64,000 nucleotides of DNA from a virus. Below, piece after piece: positions 1-9,867 of this stretch; within the stretch, counting starts at the first letter, position 1; every line of letters starts with the position of its first letter. The notes under the pieces were generated by a model, which had not been told where the DNA came from, did not search any database, and was given only the letters and a program-made list of their open reading frames with translations. The translations under genes and the position numbers were made by a program. The stretch is from the IMG/VR virus record IMGVR_UViG_3300009506_000011, positions 1-64,000 of that record. One strand, written 5' to 3'.

Positions 1-1360
1 CCTCGCGGTGCCAGCCATAGAGCAGCACCTTCTCGCCAGACTCGACGAGCATGCGAACGAAGGCTGCCACGCATGGCGCCTTGGCGATGCCGGTTGCCTG
101 CCGTAGCTTGATATCGAGCTGGCCGGCGGCGAGCATACGGTCGCCCTTGTTTGCCTCCGTCTGCGCGAGGACAACCTTTGCCAGCTCGATCGCTGCGCCT
201 GCCGCGCGGTCCAGGATCGTGGTGTCCGCGGAGATGTGGTGGGGAACCTTGGTGAGCGCCGGCAGCTCCCGGCCGACGTCCTTGCGCGTGCGCCGCAGCA
301 TGAGCCCGGCGTCCCGGAGGTATGAGCCGAGCGCCTTCGGGTTTTTGACCGGGTGCTTGTCACCCCAGCCGCACCACTCCTGATCGAACTCGCTCCAGCT
401 GCCAAGCGCACCGGGCTTCAGCACATGCATCACGTTGAACATCTCGGAGCCGTAGTTGTAGACGGGGGTGGCGCTTAATCCCATCCGCACGCAGCAGCCT
501 TCCGATAGAGCCTCAGCCGCGGCGTACTTGAGGGACCGTTCGGCACCTTGCGATGCGATACCCCTGACGCCGGCGCGGCGCAGCTCCTGGCACTCGTCGA
601 AGACAACCGAGCGGATGACAGGCGCGAGCGTCGCGGCCCAGCCGCTGAGCTTCGAGTAGCTGGTGATGATGACGTCTGGCATGGGATCAGCCACAAGCCG
701 CAGCTGGCCGTCGTCGCCGATCGGCCTGTCGCTCAACGCGTAGGGCGTAGTGCCCTTGAGGATGTGCGTTTTGAGCCTCGGCGCGAAGCGGTTGATCTCC
801 CTCTCCCATTGCGTCGGCAGATGCGTCAGCGTGACCACCAGCGCCGGCAGCGTTTTGGGGTCCGTGAACAGGCCGATGGCTGCCGCGGTCTTGCCCAGGC
901 CCACCTCGTCCGCGCAGAGCAGGCAGCCTGTTTCGAGCGCGATGGCCGTAGCGACGCGCTGGTACTCGCGCAGCGGGATTGCCAGGTCAAACTCTGGCGG
1001 CGCGCGCCGGGCGCTGAGCAGCTCCTCCACAGCCGCGACGCTCTCAACGTGGCGCTGCGCCATGCTGACCAGCTCGGGGCAGAGCCGCATGGGAAACAGC
1101 TGCGTGAAAACCTGCAGCTCGCGCGCCGTCTCCGGGATGGCGCTTATGCGGATGCGCTCCCTAGACCGATGGCCGAGGCCGCCAAACCAGCGCTTGAGCC
1201 GGAGCACGATGTGAGGCCGGGTGCTGACGACGAACTGGTGCTTCTTGCGGTCGTAGGTGATCTCACCCTTCTCGCCGCAGGTGCAGCTCGCCTCCTTCGG
1301 ATACCAGCTCTGACAGAGGCTGCACTGCCAGGCACCCATTGAGACAGGCGCGTCAAACAT
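1..1360 (-). CDS. SNF2-family helicase (partial, runs off the left end)
   Basis: Translated by hand (absent from the ORF track): LREYQ, motif I ADEVGLGKT, FDECQEL, LSATPVYN, MLRRTRKDV, GEKVLLYGWHRE. Confidence 0.9.
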   Translation of the reverse strand, partial: MFDAPVSMGAWQCSLCQSWYPKEASCTCGEKGEITYDRKKHQFVVSTRPHIVLRLKRWFGGLGHRSRERIRISAIPETARELQVFTQLFPMRLCPELVSMAQRHVESVAAVEELLSARRAPPEFDLAIPLREYQRVATAIALETGCLLCADEVGLGKTAAAIGLFTDPKTLPALVVTLTHLPTQWEREINRFAPRLKTHILKGTTPYALSDRPIGDDGQLRLVADPMPDVIITSYSKLSGWAATLAPVIRSVVFDECQELRRAGVRGIASQGAERSLKYAAAEALSEGCCVRMGLSATPVYNYGSEMFNVMHVLKPGALGSWSEFDQEWCGWGDKHPVKNPKALGSYLRDAGLMLRRTRKDVGRELPALTKVPHHISADTTILDRAAGAAIELAKVVLAQTEANKGDRMLAAGQLDIKLRQATGIAKAPCVAAFVRMLVESGEKVLLYGWHRE

Positions 1361-1784
1361 GTGAGCCCACCAGGCCAGGAAGCCGCACAAGCAAAAACAG
1401 CGGCCCGGCGCCGTAAAGCTCGGCGCAGAGGTCGTATGCCTCCGTCTCGTGTCCCCATACCCAGTGATCGGGACGCACGCCGAGATGAAGCGCCCAGCTC
1501 TCGGTCCAGAGTGTCAGCAGGCCAGCTTGCCCGGTGCCGAGTCGCGTTCCCCTCATCATGTCCCCCCCCCTGAAAAGAGCAGCGGCAAGGCACCACTCCC
1601 GATTGCGGTGAGCGCTCCACACCCAGACGCGCGGCTCGGTCAGGTTGTGGCGGTTCTCCTCGATATACCGCTCCGCCGCCTCGCGGGTGAAGCACGCGAC
1701 CACAAAGCGCCAGCGGTCGATGTAGCCGACGCGCTCCCAACCGCGGCTCTCCGCGTACCAGCTATCACCGCGTTGCTCGTGCAT
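1353..1784 (-). CDS. hypothetical phage protein
   Basis: ORF MHEQRGDSW..., overlapping both neighbours in an operon. Confidence 0.5.
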   Translation of the reverse strand: MHEQRGDSWYAESRGWERVGYIDRWRFVVACFTREAAERYIEENRHNLTEPRVWVWSAHRNREWCLAAALFRGGDMMRGTRLGTGQAGLLTLWTESWALHLGVRPDHWVWGHETEAYDLCAELYGAGPLFLLVRLPGLVGSHV

Positions 1785-2268
1785 CCCAAACGGAGAACGG
1801 CTCCCGGCCGCGCCGAAAGTCAGCGTCGATGGCGCACTGCAGCTTGTGCGCCTCAATCTCGAGCCACTGGTAGCCGTCATGGTAGAGGTGGCAGACGGAG
1901 CCAAAGGGCAGCTGCATCGCGATAGCGTGGTGTCGGTGGCAATCCCGCGGGTGCTTCTCGAGGCAAAGCAGCAGTAGGTTCCCCCTGCTGGCTTCGCGGC
2001 TCTCAAGCCAGTGTAATCCCCGCTTGCTCACGATGCCCGGCAGCGCTTTGGTTTGGTTGCCGAGCGCGTCGGACATGCTCAGATAGTTGGTGCCGAAGCG
2101 TCGCGCGAGGGCTCGCTCGCATACCTCTGGTCGCCACCGCGACGAAGGTCGCGCCCGTACGTCGACGATGAGCGCCTTGAGCCGCGCACGCACCTCCGCC
2201 AGCTGCTCGAGCTTGAGCGCCGGAAGGCGCGGGGACTTCTGGCTGCCATAGCCGATGGTGTAGATCAT
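1765..2268 (-). CDS. DUF488-family protein
   Basis: MIYTIGYG, IVDVRARPSSR, LLCLE...CHR motifs. Confidence 0.8.
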   Translation of the reverse strand: MIYTIGYGSQKSPRLPALKLEQLAEVRARLKALIVDVRARPSSRWRPEVCERALARRFGTNYLSMSDALGNQTKALPGIVSKRGLHWLESREASRGNLLLLCLEKHPRDCHRHHAIAMQLPFGSVCHLYHDGYQWLEIEAHKLQCAIDADFRRGREPFSVWDARATR

Positions 2269-2274
2269 GGTGTC

Positions 2275-2730
2275 CTATGCAAGCGGCGAGCGTTGTAGAT
2301 GCGCCTCGGCCACGTCGCTGATCCGCGAATCGGGCTTCGGCGCGTCGTTGAAGATGGCGATCTCAGGCGCGAGCCGCAGGCATCCCCGCTCTGCGATATC
2401 GCGAGCGCGCCGCGGCCGATGAGCGAAAAGGCTCTGGCCCAAGAGTCCGCGACTGCTGGCTGCGCACAGCTCGCGAGCACCGCTGTGATGATCAAGCACG
2501 ATAGCGCCGGCAGCCACGAAGACGTCGACCTTGGCCGGCGGCGGCGTCATGTCGACGAATAGGTCAGCCGGTCCCGGCTCGAGAGCGTCACGCTCCGGCC
2601 CGTAGGCTACGGCGACGACCTCGGCGCCTGGTATGGCGTCGGCAGCAATCATTGCAGCGGCAGTGCCGTCTGCGCAGTCGCGATGGGTGATGATGCGCTT
2701 GACTTGCTTGATGGCTTCTATTGGAATCAT
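2275..2730 (-). CDS. DHH-family phosphoesterase, probably C-terminally truncated
   Basis: ITHRDCADGTAAA, FVDMT, VLDHH; only 151 aa. Confidence 0.65.
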   Translation of the reverse strand: MIPIEAIKQVKRIITHRDCADGTAAAMIAADAIPGAEVVAVAYGPERDALEPGPADLFVDMTPPPAKVDVFVAAGAIVLDHHSGARELCAASSRGLLGQSLFAHRPRRARDIAERGCLRLAPEIAIFNDAPKPDSRISDVAEAHLQRSPLA

Positions 2731-2757
2731 GACAACGCCGTATCACAGAACGCCCTG

Positions 2758-2769
2758 CTAGTCAACTAG
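2758..2769 (-). promoter_or_regulatory. CTAGTTGACTAG promoter/operator
   Basis: Full recurrent motif; TTGACT -35, 17 nt spacer, weak -10, ATG at 2730. Confidence 0.6.
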
Positions 2770-3192
2770 CTAAAGCGCAAAACCGAGGTAGTGGACGTGG
2801 AGCCGCTTGCCACCAAGCTCGCGCGGGATCTGGGCGTGCTGCGCTCGGGTGGTGAGCAGGATCAGCTCGCGCACCTCGGGGTAGTAGGCATAGCGGAGCA
2901 GCTGCCTGGTGACCGCTGTGACCGCGCCAGCGACCTTGACCTCGATACCGATGCCCCGCGGCTTCGGCGGTCCGCGAAACGGTAGCATAGCGCGCAATGC
3001 GAGCCGTTGCTGCTCCTCGGGAGGTACCACGAAGAAGTCGATCCGGTCCTGCTTCAGCTGGAACTCGCGTAGAAAGTGAATGCCCGCTTCGCGAAGCACC
3101 ACGGCAATCCCCGCTTGCAGCTCGGCTTCGTTGCTGTGGTTGAAGCGCCGGCCTTCGAGCGCGAGCTTGATGCGGTCAATCATGCCATTCAC
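2770..3192 (-). CDS. putative PD-(D/E)XK nuclease-fold protein
   Basis: E...RIDFFV...GIEVK...QLLRY pattern. Confidence 0.55.
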   Translation of the reverse strand: MNGMIDRIKLALEGRRFNHSNEAELQAGIAVVLREAGIHFLREFQLKQDRIDFFVVPPEEQQRLALRAMLPFRGPPKPRGIGIEVKVAGAVTAVTRQLLRYAYYPEVRELILLTTRAQHAQIPRELGGKRLHVHYLGFAL

Positions 3193-3488
3193 CAGCTGTT
3201 GTAGAAGCGAACGACCTTGACGTTCGGATGGGCGGCCATTAGCTCGGCGAGGTCCACTTGGTAGCCTTGGCGGTAGTCATCGCTCCACTCGCTCACCCCG
3301 GGCGCGATCTGCAGTCCCGTCAGGTCAACCTCGCGGCCACAGGGATCCGGCTCTTCACCGCCGAAGAAGTCCTCCACCTCTTCCGGCACCGGGACGCCGG
3401 CGGCAAGGCAGGCATCGCGTGCGTCGCGCATGGCGCGCCACTTCGCGTCGGGCGGAATGAAGCCGACAACGTGCGTGGACATGCTCAT
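3189..3488 (-). CDS. hypothetical protein
   Basis: 4-nt overlaps with both neighbours. Confidence 0.6.
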   Translation of the reverse strand: MSMSTHVVGFIPPDAKWRAMRDARDACLAAGVPVPEEVEDFFGGEEPDPCGREVDLTGLQIAPGVSEWSDDYRQGYQVDLAELMAAHPNVKVVRFYNSW

Positions 3489-3838
3489 GGCCGCCTCCCG
3501 GCTGCTGCGGCGGCCGCGACCTGCGCAGCGCCTTTCTGCAGCTCCTTGAGGCGGCGGACAGCGCTCCGCTCAGCCGTGGCGCGCTCGCCCGGGTAGGCCA
3601 GCATCTCGCGGATCAGGCCGTGCAGGAGACGCTCACTCACAGTGGCGCCGGCAGCTGCAGCGGCTGGCTCGCGCAGCCGTTCGGCCCAGCCGCGCGCTCG
3701 CTGGACGAACGCCTCGTTCTGCGCGCGAGCCGACAGCTCCAGTTGGTGGACCGCCGCTCGCGCCACGTCACGCTCCCTGATGGCGTCTTCGAGCCGCGAC
3801 TGCGCCGCGGCCGCCTCTCCTATCGGATCCGGGTTCAT
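3485..3838 (-). CDS. hypothetical coiled-coil protein
   Basis: MNPDPIGE... start, coupled to neighbours. Confidence 0.5.
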   Translation of the reverse strand: MNPDPIGEAAAAQSRLEDAIRERDVARAAVHQLELSARAQNEAFVQRARGWAERLREPAAAAAGATVSERLLHGLIREMLAYPGERATAERSAVRRLKELQKGAAQVAAAAAAGRRP

Positions 3839-4314
3839 CACGCCACCCTGCCGAAGTACGCTTCTGCAGCCTCGCGCAGCTCCTGGTAGTAGCCGGGCCA
3901 CGCCTCCGCGCTCCGGATGGCGGCGATGAGACGGTCACGAGAATCGCCGCACGAGGCTGCCCGGACGCTCGCCAGCTCCCGGAGCAGCTGAGCCGTCAGC
4001 TCGACGAGGTGCTCCCGGCGGCTCAGCTCGTGCGGATTCCCCTGCTGCGGCATCGTGGCCACCTGCCGCGCGATGCGTTCGATGTCATCGGCGGTCGCCT
4101 CATCGCGCCACCGTTGCAGCGTGTTGAGCGCCGGCGCGCCGGGTTCGGCCGCTGCCGGCTCGAGACAGCATGCCTTGACATGCGTGCGGAGAACCTCACC
4201 GCCTACTCCCCAAACGACGACGACATCTCCGTCCTTGTCCTCGTCGGAAGCGGCCACCATGAGCGGCCCCGTCCCCGTCTTCAGCCTGACAACCCTACCC
4301 TTCAGCCTTTGCAT
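3838..4314 (-). CDS. hypothetical protein (YodC/DUF2158-like N-terminus possible)
   Basis: GRVVRLKTGTGPLMV...VVVVW motif. Confidence 0.45.
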   Translation of the reverse strand: MQRLKGRVVRLKTGTGPLMVAASDEDKDGDVVVVWGVGGEVLRTHVKACCLEPAAAEPGAPALNTLQRWRDEATADDIERIARQVATMPQQGNPHELSRREHLVELTAQLLRELASVRAASCGDSRDRLIAAIRSAEAWPGYYQELREAAEAYFGRVA

Positions 4315-4481
4315 TCTCTCACCTCTGCGCAGCTCCTGGTGTCGCCCATCAGCATGGCCAGCATGGCCAAGCCGCAGCGGCGACACTTGGACGAAACCGA
4401 AACCTCAGCCGAGCCCGGCTTCCTTGGCCAGTCGTGATCCGGCCACTCGTGCGGCGCCAGGCTCTCATCTTGCTCTGCCAT
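4302..4481 (-). CDS. small hypothetical protein (59 aa), leaderless
   Basis: ATG 6 nt after the -10 box of the 4509 promoter; overlaps the next ORF start. Confidence 0.45.
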   Translation of the reverse strand: MAEQDESLAPHEWPDHDWPRKPGSAEVSVSSKCRRCGLAMLAMLMGDTRSCAEVRECKG

Positions 4482-4508
4482 GCCGGCATGGTGCCATGGC
4501 TTGGCTTG

Positions 4509-4520
4509 CTAGTCAACTAG
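4509..4520 (-). promoter_or_regulatory. CTAGTTGACTAG promoter/operator
   Basis: TTGACT-N17-CACCAT-N6-ATG(4481). Confidence 0.65.
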
Positions 4521-4571
4521 TAATTGCCAGACAGCTGGGCAGCGCCGCCGGACGGCTCCTACCCTTCGGAC

Positions 4572-5879
4572 ATGTCCTTCGAGCCGAGCTTCCCCTACTC
4601 CTCCGTCGCCGTTGCCGCGCAGCGCGAGCCTGTCGCCAGGGCGCTGAGCAAATGCATGGCCATGGGCGTGCTGAGCCTCGTCGACCCCGAGGCCGGCGCC
4701 ACCGACGATCTGAAGGCTGCTACCGCCACCATGGCAACGCCGGTCGTCTGGACGGCGGCCGACCTAGAAGCGGCTGGCCTGGTCAAGCTCTCCGCACACG
4801 GCTCCCGCGCGCTGACGTTCACCACCGGCGGCGTCACCCCCTCGGACGCGCCGGCTTCCGTGACCATCACGGGCAAGGACAGAGACGGGGCGCCGCTGAC
4901 CGAAACGGTGCTGCTGAGCCAGGTGGCCGGCACCGTGCCGAGCCTCAAGTGCTTCAGCGGCGACGAGCCGACGCTGAGCTTTCCCTCCGCCGACGGCGTC
5001 GGTGCAACCATCGCCGTGGGCATCGCCGACAAGTTCGGCCTGCCGTGCAAGATCAAAAGCCGCGGTGGCTACCCGGTGCGCTTCGTCGAGCTCGCCGACG
5101 GGGACATCGTCTCAACTGGCGGCGCCTCCGCGACCGCCGTTAACCAAGCCGAGACGGCGACCAACCAAGCCGAGACGGCGACCAACCAGGCAACCACCAT
5201 CGTGCGCCACGAGCCCTTCGCGGGCGTCGTGGCGCCGGCGACGGCGCTCGGGACCATAGACGAAGGCGCGGCCAGCGCCAGCGCCTCGACGCAGCCGGGA
5301 CATCCGCAAACTCTGGACGTGGCCTTTGACGCCGGCTGGGAAGGCGGCGACATCACGATCACCGGCGTCGGCCCGAACGGTCTGGCGGTCAACGAGACCT
5401 ACATCGCAAACCCCGGCGCGACAGTCACCGGCGCCAAGGCTTTTCTCAGCATCGACGCGAACGGGATCGTCAACAGTGCTCCGACCAGCACCGGCGACGC
5501 CGCCACCGTCCAGACCGGAACTGGCATCGGCATCGCGGCCGAGGGGACGTCCGTCTTCCTCAAGCTGACCGTCAACGGGGTGGCGGAGGCATTCAGCGCA
5601 ACCGACACCACGAACAGGACGTTCGATCCCACCACGGCGCCCGACGGAACGAAGTTCTACGAGGTCTGGTACAGCGTCGACCACAACCACCTTCAGGATG
5701 CGCACAACCACCTTCAGGATGCGCACAACCACACCCAGAACGCACACTCGCACAGCGGCTCCGAGGCAACCGTCGCTTCCGTAACCGCCTCGCCGCCATA
5801 CGGCGCCTACACGCCCACCACGGTGCCAGACGGCAGCGTCGACTTCGTGCTGGTGTTCGAGCAGGATCCACAGGTCTGA
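4572..5879 (+). CDS. putative virion structural or fibre-like protein
   Basis: Rich in T/G/A; TATNQAE and HNHLQDA tandem repeats; upstream of the head genes. Confidence 0.6.
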   Translation: MSFEPSFPYSSVAVAAQREPVARALSKCMAMGVLSLVDPEAGATDDLKAATATMATPVVWTAADLEAAGLVKLSAHGSRALTFTTGGVTPSDAPASVTITGKDRDGAPLTETVLLSQVAGTVPSLKCFSGDEPTLSFPSADGVGATIAVGIADKFGLPCKIKSRGGYPVRFVELADGDIVSTGGASATAVNQAETATNQAETATNQATTIVRHEPFAGVVAPATALGTIDEGAASASASTQPGHPQTLDVAFDAGWEGGDITITGVGPNGLAVNETYIANPGATVTGAKAFLSIDANGIVNSAPTSTGDAATVQTGTGIGIAAEGTSVFLKLTVNGVAEAFSATDTTNRTFDPTTAPDGTKFYEVWYSVDHNHLQDAHNHLQDAHNHTQNAHSHSGSEATVASVTASPPYGAYTPTTVPDGSVDFVLVFEQDPQV

Positions 5880-6169
5880 TGGTGGTTCATCGCTATACGG
5901 GTCAGCATGTGCTGGCCCACTTCGACGCCAACCGGACGACGACGCCCGGGATCGATGGCGTCGTGGCTCTGCAGGCCGAGTTGCTCCGCGCAGTAGAGCA
6001 CGTCGTAGCACTCCACTTCGAGCCATCAAATCAGCGGCCAGCCTGCTACTTGCGAGCAGCCGTCGTCGAGGCCGAATCGGCAGAAGAGCTAGCAAAGCGT
6101 ATCCGAGCAACATGTCGCCGGAACGGCGTGGAATGCAGTTGTGAGATCGAAGGGGAGGCCGATGCCTGA
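5879..6169 (+). CDS. hypothetical protein
   Basis: TGATG coupling to the upstream gene. Confidence 0.5.
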   Translation: MVVHRYTGQHVLAHFDANRTTTPGIDGVVALQAELLRAVEHVVALHFEPSNQRPACYLRAAVVEAESAEELAKRIRATCRRNGVECSCEIEGEADA

Positions 6170-8222
6170 TCCCGAGCGCGCCATCTGGTGCGGCGGCGTC
6201 CGGCTGGACGCTTCCGCCGTCACCACCGAGGACGAGAAGCCGCTCATCTGGGTCCCCGTCGCGGAGACTGGCGCGTGGGAGGGCCACTCGGCTGGTGAGT
6301 TCGAGCTGACAGCCGAGATCTTCAAGCAACTGCAGACGAACCTGCGGCGCCACCCCTCCTACCGAGCCGAGCCGAAGCCGCCGGACGGCCGGGTGATCCA
6401 GTGGGATTTTCACCACGCGAGCGAGGAGCACTCTTCGTTTATCGCAGTGGAGGGAGCGCCGGCGCAGGGCTGGGTATACGACGTCGCGCTCGGCAGCGAG
6501 CTGCCGGTCGCGGAGCTGAGTGAGAAGGCAAGAGCCGGCCTCGCAGCGAAGCAGGCGCAAGGTGTCGAGACCTTTTGGACGCTGACCGAGTGGCTGCCCC
6601 GAGCGAAAGGCTACGTCGAGGACGGCTCCTACCAGTGGGCGAGCATCGCGATCTGGCCGGACACCACCGACCCGAAGACAGGTGAAAACATCGGCTGGTA
6701 CATGTCCAGCGTCGCGCTCACCAACGATCCCTTCCTGCAGGGCATGCTGGAGCTGTCGATCGCCGCCATGCGCAGTGCGGCGCTCCAGCACCGCCACGTG
6801 CGGCTCTCGCTGCCTGTCTGCCTCTCAGATCTCCAGGTAGCACTCGAAGACGTCTACACCCTGTTCAGCTCCTGGGAGAGCTGCATGGCCAAGATGAAGG
6901 AGCAGGGGTACGACACCGAGAAGGCCGAAAAGGTGTGCGGCAGCATCTGCGGACAGCGCCTTACCTTCAGCTTCGATCAGTGCGTCAAGGACGTGATGGC
7001 GCAGGGCAAGAGCGAGGAAAGCGCTCAGAATATTTGCGGTGCGGCGCACCAGCAGAAGAGCGCCAAGCGCCGGCTCTACCGCTACTACGACCCCTGGGAT
7101 GTTCCGATCACGACCGCGGATGCCTTCCAGCGGCTCAAGGACATCTTCGAGCTGGGCGAGCTTGCGTCAGTAGTCGACGTGGCCGGACAGCTCGCGAAGC
7201 TCAAGGCGTACGCTGCCGGTGAGACGCCACCGCCGGGCGTCGACGCCGCACAGTTGATCCAGCAGATCCGCCAGCTGCTACAGCTGGAGCTGCTGACGGA
7301 TACCGAGACCATCCTCGCCAAGTGCGAGGAGCTGCTCGCCAAAGTTGCCGCTGAGCCGGCACCGGCCCTCACGAGAGAACCCATGCCTGATCCCGTTCCC
7401 ACCTCCGACTCTCTGCTCATCGCGCTTGCCAAGCGTCTCGGTGTGCCCAGCACTCCGGCCGACGTGGAGCGCGTCATCTTCGAGCGCCTGCAAGCTGGCG
7501 AGGACGCGAAGATGAAGCTCCGCGAGCTATTCACGGCGCTCGGAGTGGAGGATCCCGAAGCCGCCGTCGCGCAGCTCGCCGACTGGTGCAAGAAGATCGC
7601 GCAGCTCGAAGAGCTGATCCCGGAGGTCGCGTCCCTGCGCACGACCCAGGCCGAGACGGAGGACGCGAGCCTCGAAGAGGACATGGCCATGGCCGCGCAG
7701 CGCCTCGGCCAGGGCTGGGAAACGGTCAAGGACGCGATCCGGGTTTTCCGCGGCGGCGAGATCAGGCTCGATCCGAAGGCCGAGGACTTTCCGAAGCAGC
7801 TCGCGGCGCGGCAAGCGGCGCGGAAACGCTTCCTCGAGAAGTTTCCCCGGCCGCCTGTCGGGCAAGAGCACCTGTTCACGAGCATCGCCACCGTGCCGAG
7901 CGCCAAGCCGGGGGCCCCAGCTGCCCCGCAGCAGCTCGCTCGTGCGCAGGTCGGCGCAGACGGCGTTCTGCGTCTCGTGGCTCCGGCGGCCGCTCCCGGT
8001 AACGTCCTCGCGCCGCCACCGCCGCCCGGCGACGGAGCGGTCGATCTGGCAGCTCTCCGCGCCGAGGTGGAAGGCTACGACGGCCCCAACCTCGGCGCCA
8101 AGTGCATCGCCTACGTTCAGGCTAAGGCCACGGCCGCAGGCAAACCCCTCTCCTTCGAGGCTGCCCACGAGAAGGGCAGCATCCTCGCGGGCCAGCTGAC
8201 AGGCCGGCTCGCCGTCGCCTGA
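6162..8222 (+). CDS. Mu-like prohead protease (I) / scaffold
   Basis: WDFHHASE, GAPAQGWV, EWLPRAKGYVEDGSYQWAS, SVALTNDPFL; helical C-terminal scaffold region. Confidence 0.85.
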   Translation: MPDPERAIWCGGVRLDASAVTTEDEKPLIWVPVAETGAWEGHSAGEFELTAEIFKQLQTNLRRHPSYRAEPKPPDGRVIQWDFHHASEEHSSFIAVEGAPAQGWVYDVALGSELPVAELSEKARAGLAAKQAQGVETFWTLTEWLPRAKGYVEDGSYQWASIAIWPDTTDPKTGENIGWYMSSVALTNDPFLQGMLELSIAAMRSAALQHRHVRLSLPVCLSDLQVALEDVYTLFSSWESCMAKMKEQGYDTEKAEKVCGSICGQRLTFSFDQCVKDVMAQGKSEESAQNICGAAHQQKSAKRRLYRYYDPWDVPITTADAFQRLKDIFELGELASVVDVAGQLAKLKAYAAGETPPPGVDAAQLIQQIRQLLQLELLTDTETILAKCEELLAKVAAEPAPALTREPMPDPVPTSDSLLIALAKRLGVPSTPADVERVIFERLQAGEDAKMKLRELFTALGVEDPEAAVAQLADWCKKIAQLEELIPEVASLRTTQAETEDASLEEDMAMAAQRLGQGWETVKDAIRVFRGGEIRLDPKAEDFPKQLAARQAARKRFLEKFPRPPVGQEHLFTSIATVPSAKPGAPAAPQQLARAQVGADGVLRLVAPAAAPGNVLAPPPPPGDGAVDLAALRAEVEGYDGPNLGAKCIAYVQAKATAAGKPLSFEAAHEKGSILAGQLTGRLAVA

Positions 8223-8246
8223 TCCCGAGCAGTTCGAGCATCAATT

Positions 8247-8672
8247 ATGGCAACCAGCTACGACCCTCGCGCCCGCGTCCCCGATCGGGGGGTGCGCGGC
8301 ATGTACAACCCGAGCACCACGGTGACGATCCCGAAGGAGCGCTTCGTCTGCCCGGTCAGCTCCGGCGGTGAGCACATCCAGCTGCCGCCGGACACCGGAA
8401 CCGTGCTGGCCGGCGTGACGATGCAGGACATCCCGCCGCTCACCTGGGGCGACGTGCAGACGACCGGCACCGCGCGAGTCGCGGCCGCCGGCGCGCTGGC
8501 GACGCCCGGGACCCAGGTCAACGGCGACACGGCCGGGAAGGCGCAAGCCGCCACCGCCGGTGCCGGCGCCAACTACGCCGTGGGCGGGCAAACCCGCTCC
8601 GTGGCCGGAGCCGCAAACGACGTCGTGGAGGTCGAGCTGCTCGGCCTCGGAACCCTGCAGCAAGGAGCATGA
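8247..8672 (+). CDS. capsid decoration/cement protein (DUF2190-like)
   Basis: Size, position between protease and capsid, GVT...GTARVAAAGAL...GKA pattern. Confidence 0.65.
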   Translation: MATSYDPRARVPDRGVRGMYNPSTTVTIPKERFVCPVSSGGEHIQLPPDTGTVLAGVTMQDIPPLTWGDVQTTGTARVAAAGALATPGTQVNGDTAGKAQAATAGAGANYAVGGQTRSVAGAANDVVEVELLGLGTLQQGA

Positions 8673-8673
8673 G

Positions 8674-9858
8674 ATGCCTCCCCAGATGATTCAGCTGACG
8701 ATGGCCGGAAACGGCGGCGGCCTGCCGGCGGGCACGATTCTTTCTTTTCCGGTCGATCACTGGCAGCAGTTCGACGAGCGGGGCTACAACGGCGCCGTTC
8801 AGGTGCAGCTGCCGAACGGCAAGACCGAGAGCCTGCGGCTTAGCCTTTCGCCGTCCGATGTCCACGCACCGGAGGAGCTGCCGAACTTCATCGCGGGCTA
8901 CAGCGCCGGCCCCTACTGCGCCGACCAGGCCAGCCCCGTCATCCTGGTCGACCAGGTAAGCGACGAGTACCGGACGCACACCGACCACGCCTTCCGGCGC
9001 GTCGAGTGCAAGACGAGCCAACAGGGCGCCGTCGCAGAGGTCGACCCCGAGACGAGCCTGACGCCATACCGGACCGTCGTCCGCGCCTGTGGCAGCTTCA
9101 TCCCGACTCGGACGGAGCAGGTCGGGACCAAGGGATTCAAGCCTCGGCAGGCGTCTGGCAAGCGCGTCAAACGCGTGCTGTCGGCCGACCGGGAGATCGA
9201 CGTGTTCGGCCCAAACGGCGTCATCGGCAATCCGGCCAACTTCGATGCGGCTCTGCAGGACATCCTGCCGCCGCTCGAGCGTTGGGGTGATCTGGAAGGG
9301 AAAAACCCCGGCGCCAACGCCGATCCGCTGGCGGACCTCGACAACATCATCACCAACTCGTGGCAGGCGCCCACGGATATCTGGATGAACGGCCTGGTGG
9401 CCAGGGTGTTCATCAAGTTCCCGAAGGTGCTGGACCTCATCCGCGGCACCTACGGCGACCAGGCGCAGACGCAGCTGAACGCCGTGCGCGGCGCCGGCAA
9501 GACCATCGTCACCTTCGAGATCCTGGGCTACCCGCCCATCCACGTCTGCACTGCGAAGATCAAGTGGACGTCGACTGCGGCACCCACGTACATCCTCGGC
9601 AACCACGTGGTCCTCACCACCCGGCCCATGGGCCAGAACGGCGAGCTCGTCACCAGCATGATGGACGACGAGGAGATCGCCACCACCGTCACCTTCCGGA
9701 TGCGCGAGGCGTCTGGCACCGGCTACAACACCCGCGAGTACTTCGTGGAGAGCCGGGGCCACCTCGGCGGCACCATGATCGTCGCCTCACAGGAGGACGT
9801 CGCCGTGGTCATCGCGCCCAACGTCGGCGGTTTCATCGGCGACGTGCTGCAGGCATAA
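8674..9858 (+). CDS. major capsid protein
   Basis: About 394 aa after protease and decoration genes; ADPLADLD, WMN motifs. Confidence 0.75.
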   Translation: MPPQMIQLTMAGNGGGLPAGTILSFPVDHWQQFDERGYNGAVQVQLPNGKTESLRLSLSPSDVHAPEELPNFIAGYSAGPYCADQASPVILVDQVSDEYRTHTDHAFRRVECKTSQQGAVAEVDPETSLTPYRTVVRACGSFIPTRTEQVGTKGFKPRQASGKRVKRVLSADREIDVFGPNGVIGNPANFDAALQDILPPLERWGDLEGKNPGANADPLADLDNIITNSWQAPTDIWMNGLVARVFIKFPKVLDLIRGTYGDQAQTQLNAVRGAGKTIVTFEILGYPPIHVCTAKIKWTSTAAPTYILGNHVVLTTRPMGQNGELVTSMMDDEEIATTVTFRMREASGTGYNTREYFVESRGHLGGTMIVASQEDVAVVIAPNVGGFIGDVLQA

Positions 9859-9867
9859 GGAGGCAAC

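Noticed and set aside
5112-9762. Long antisense and alternate-frame ORFs (e.g. 5112..6797, 8518..9762) and similar ones across the window
   Set aside because: Shadow ORFs of high-GC3 genes with no recognisable motifs.
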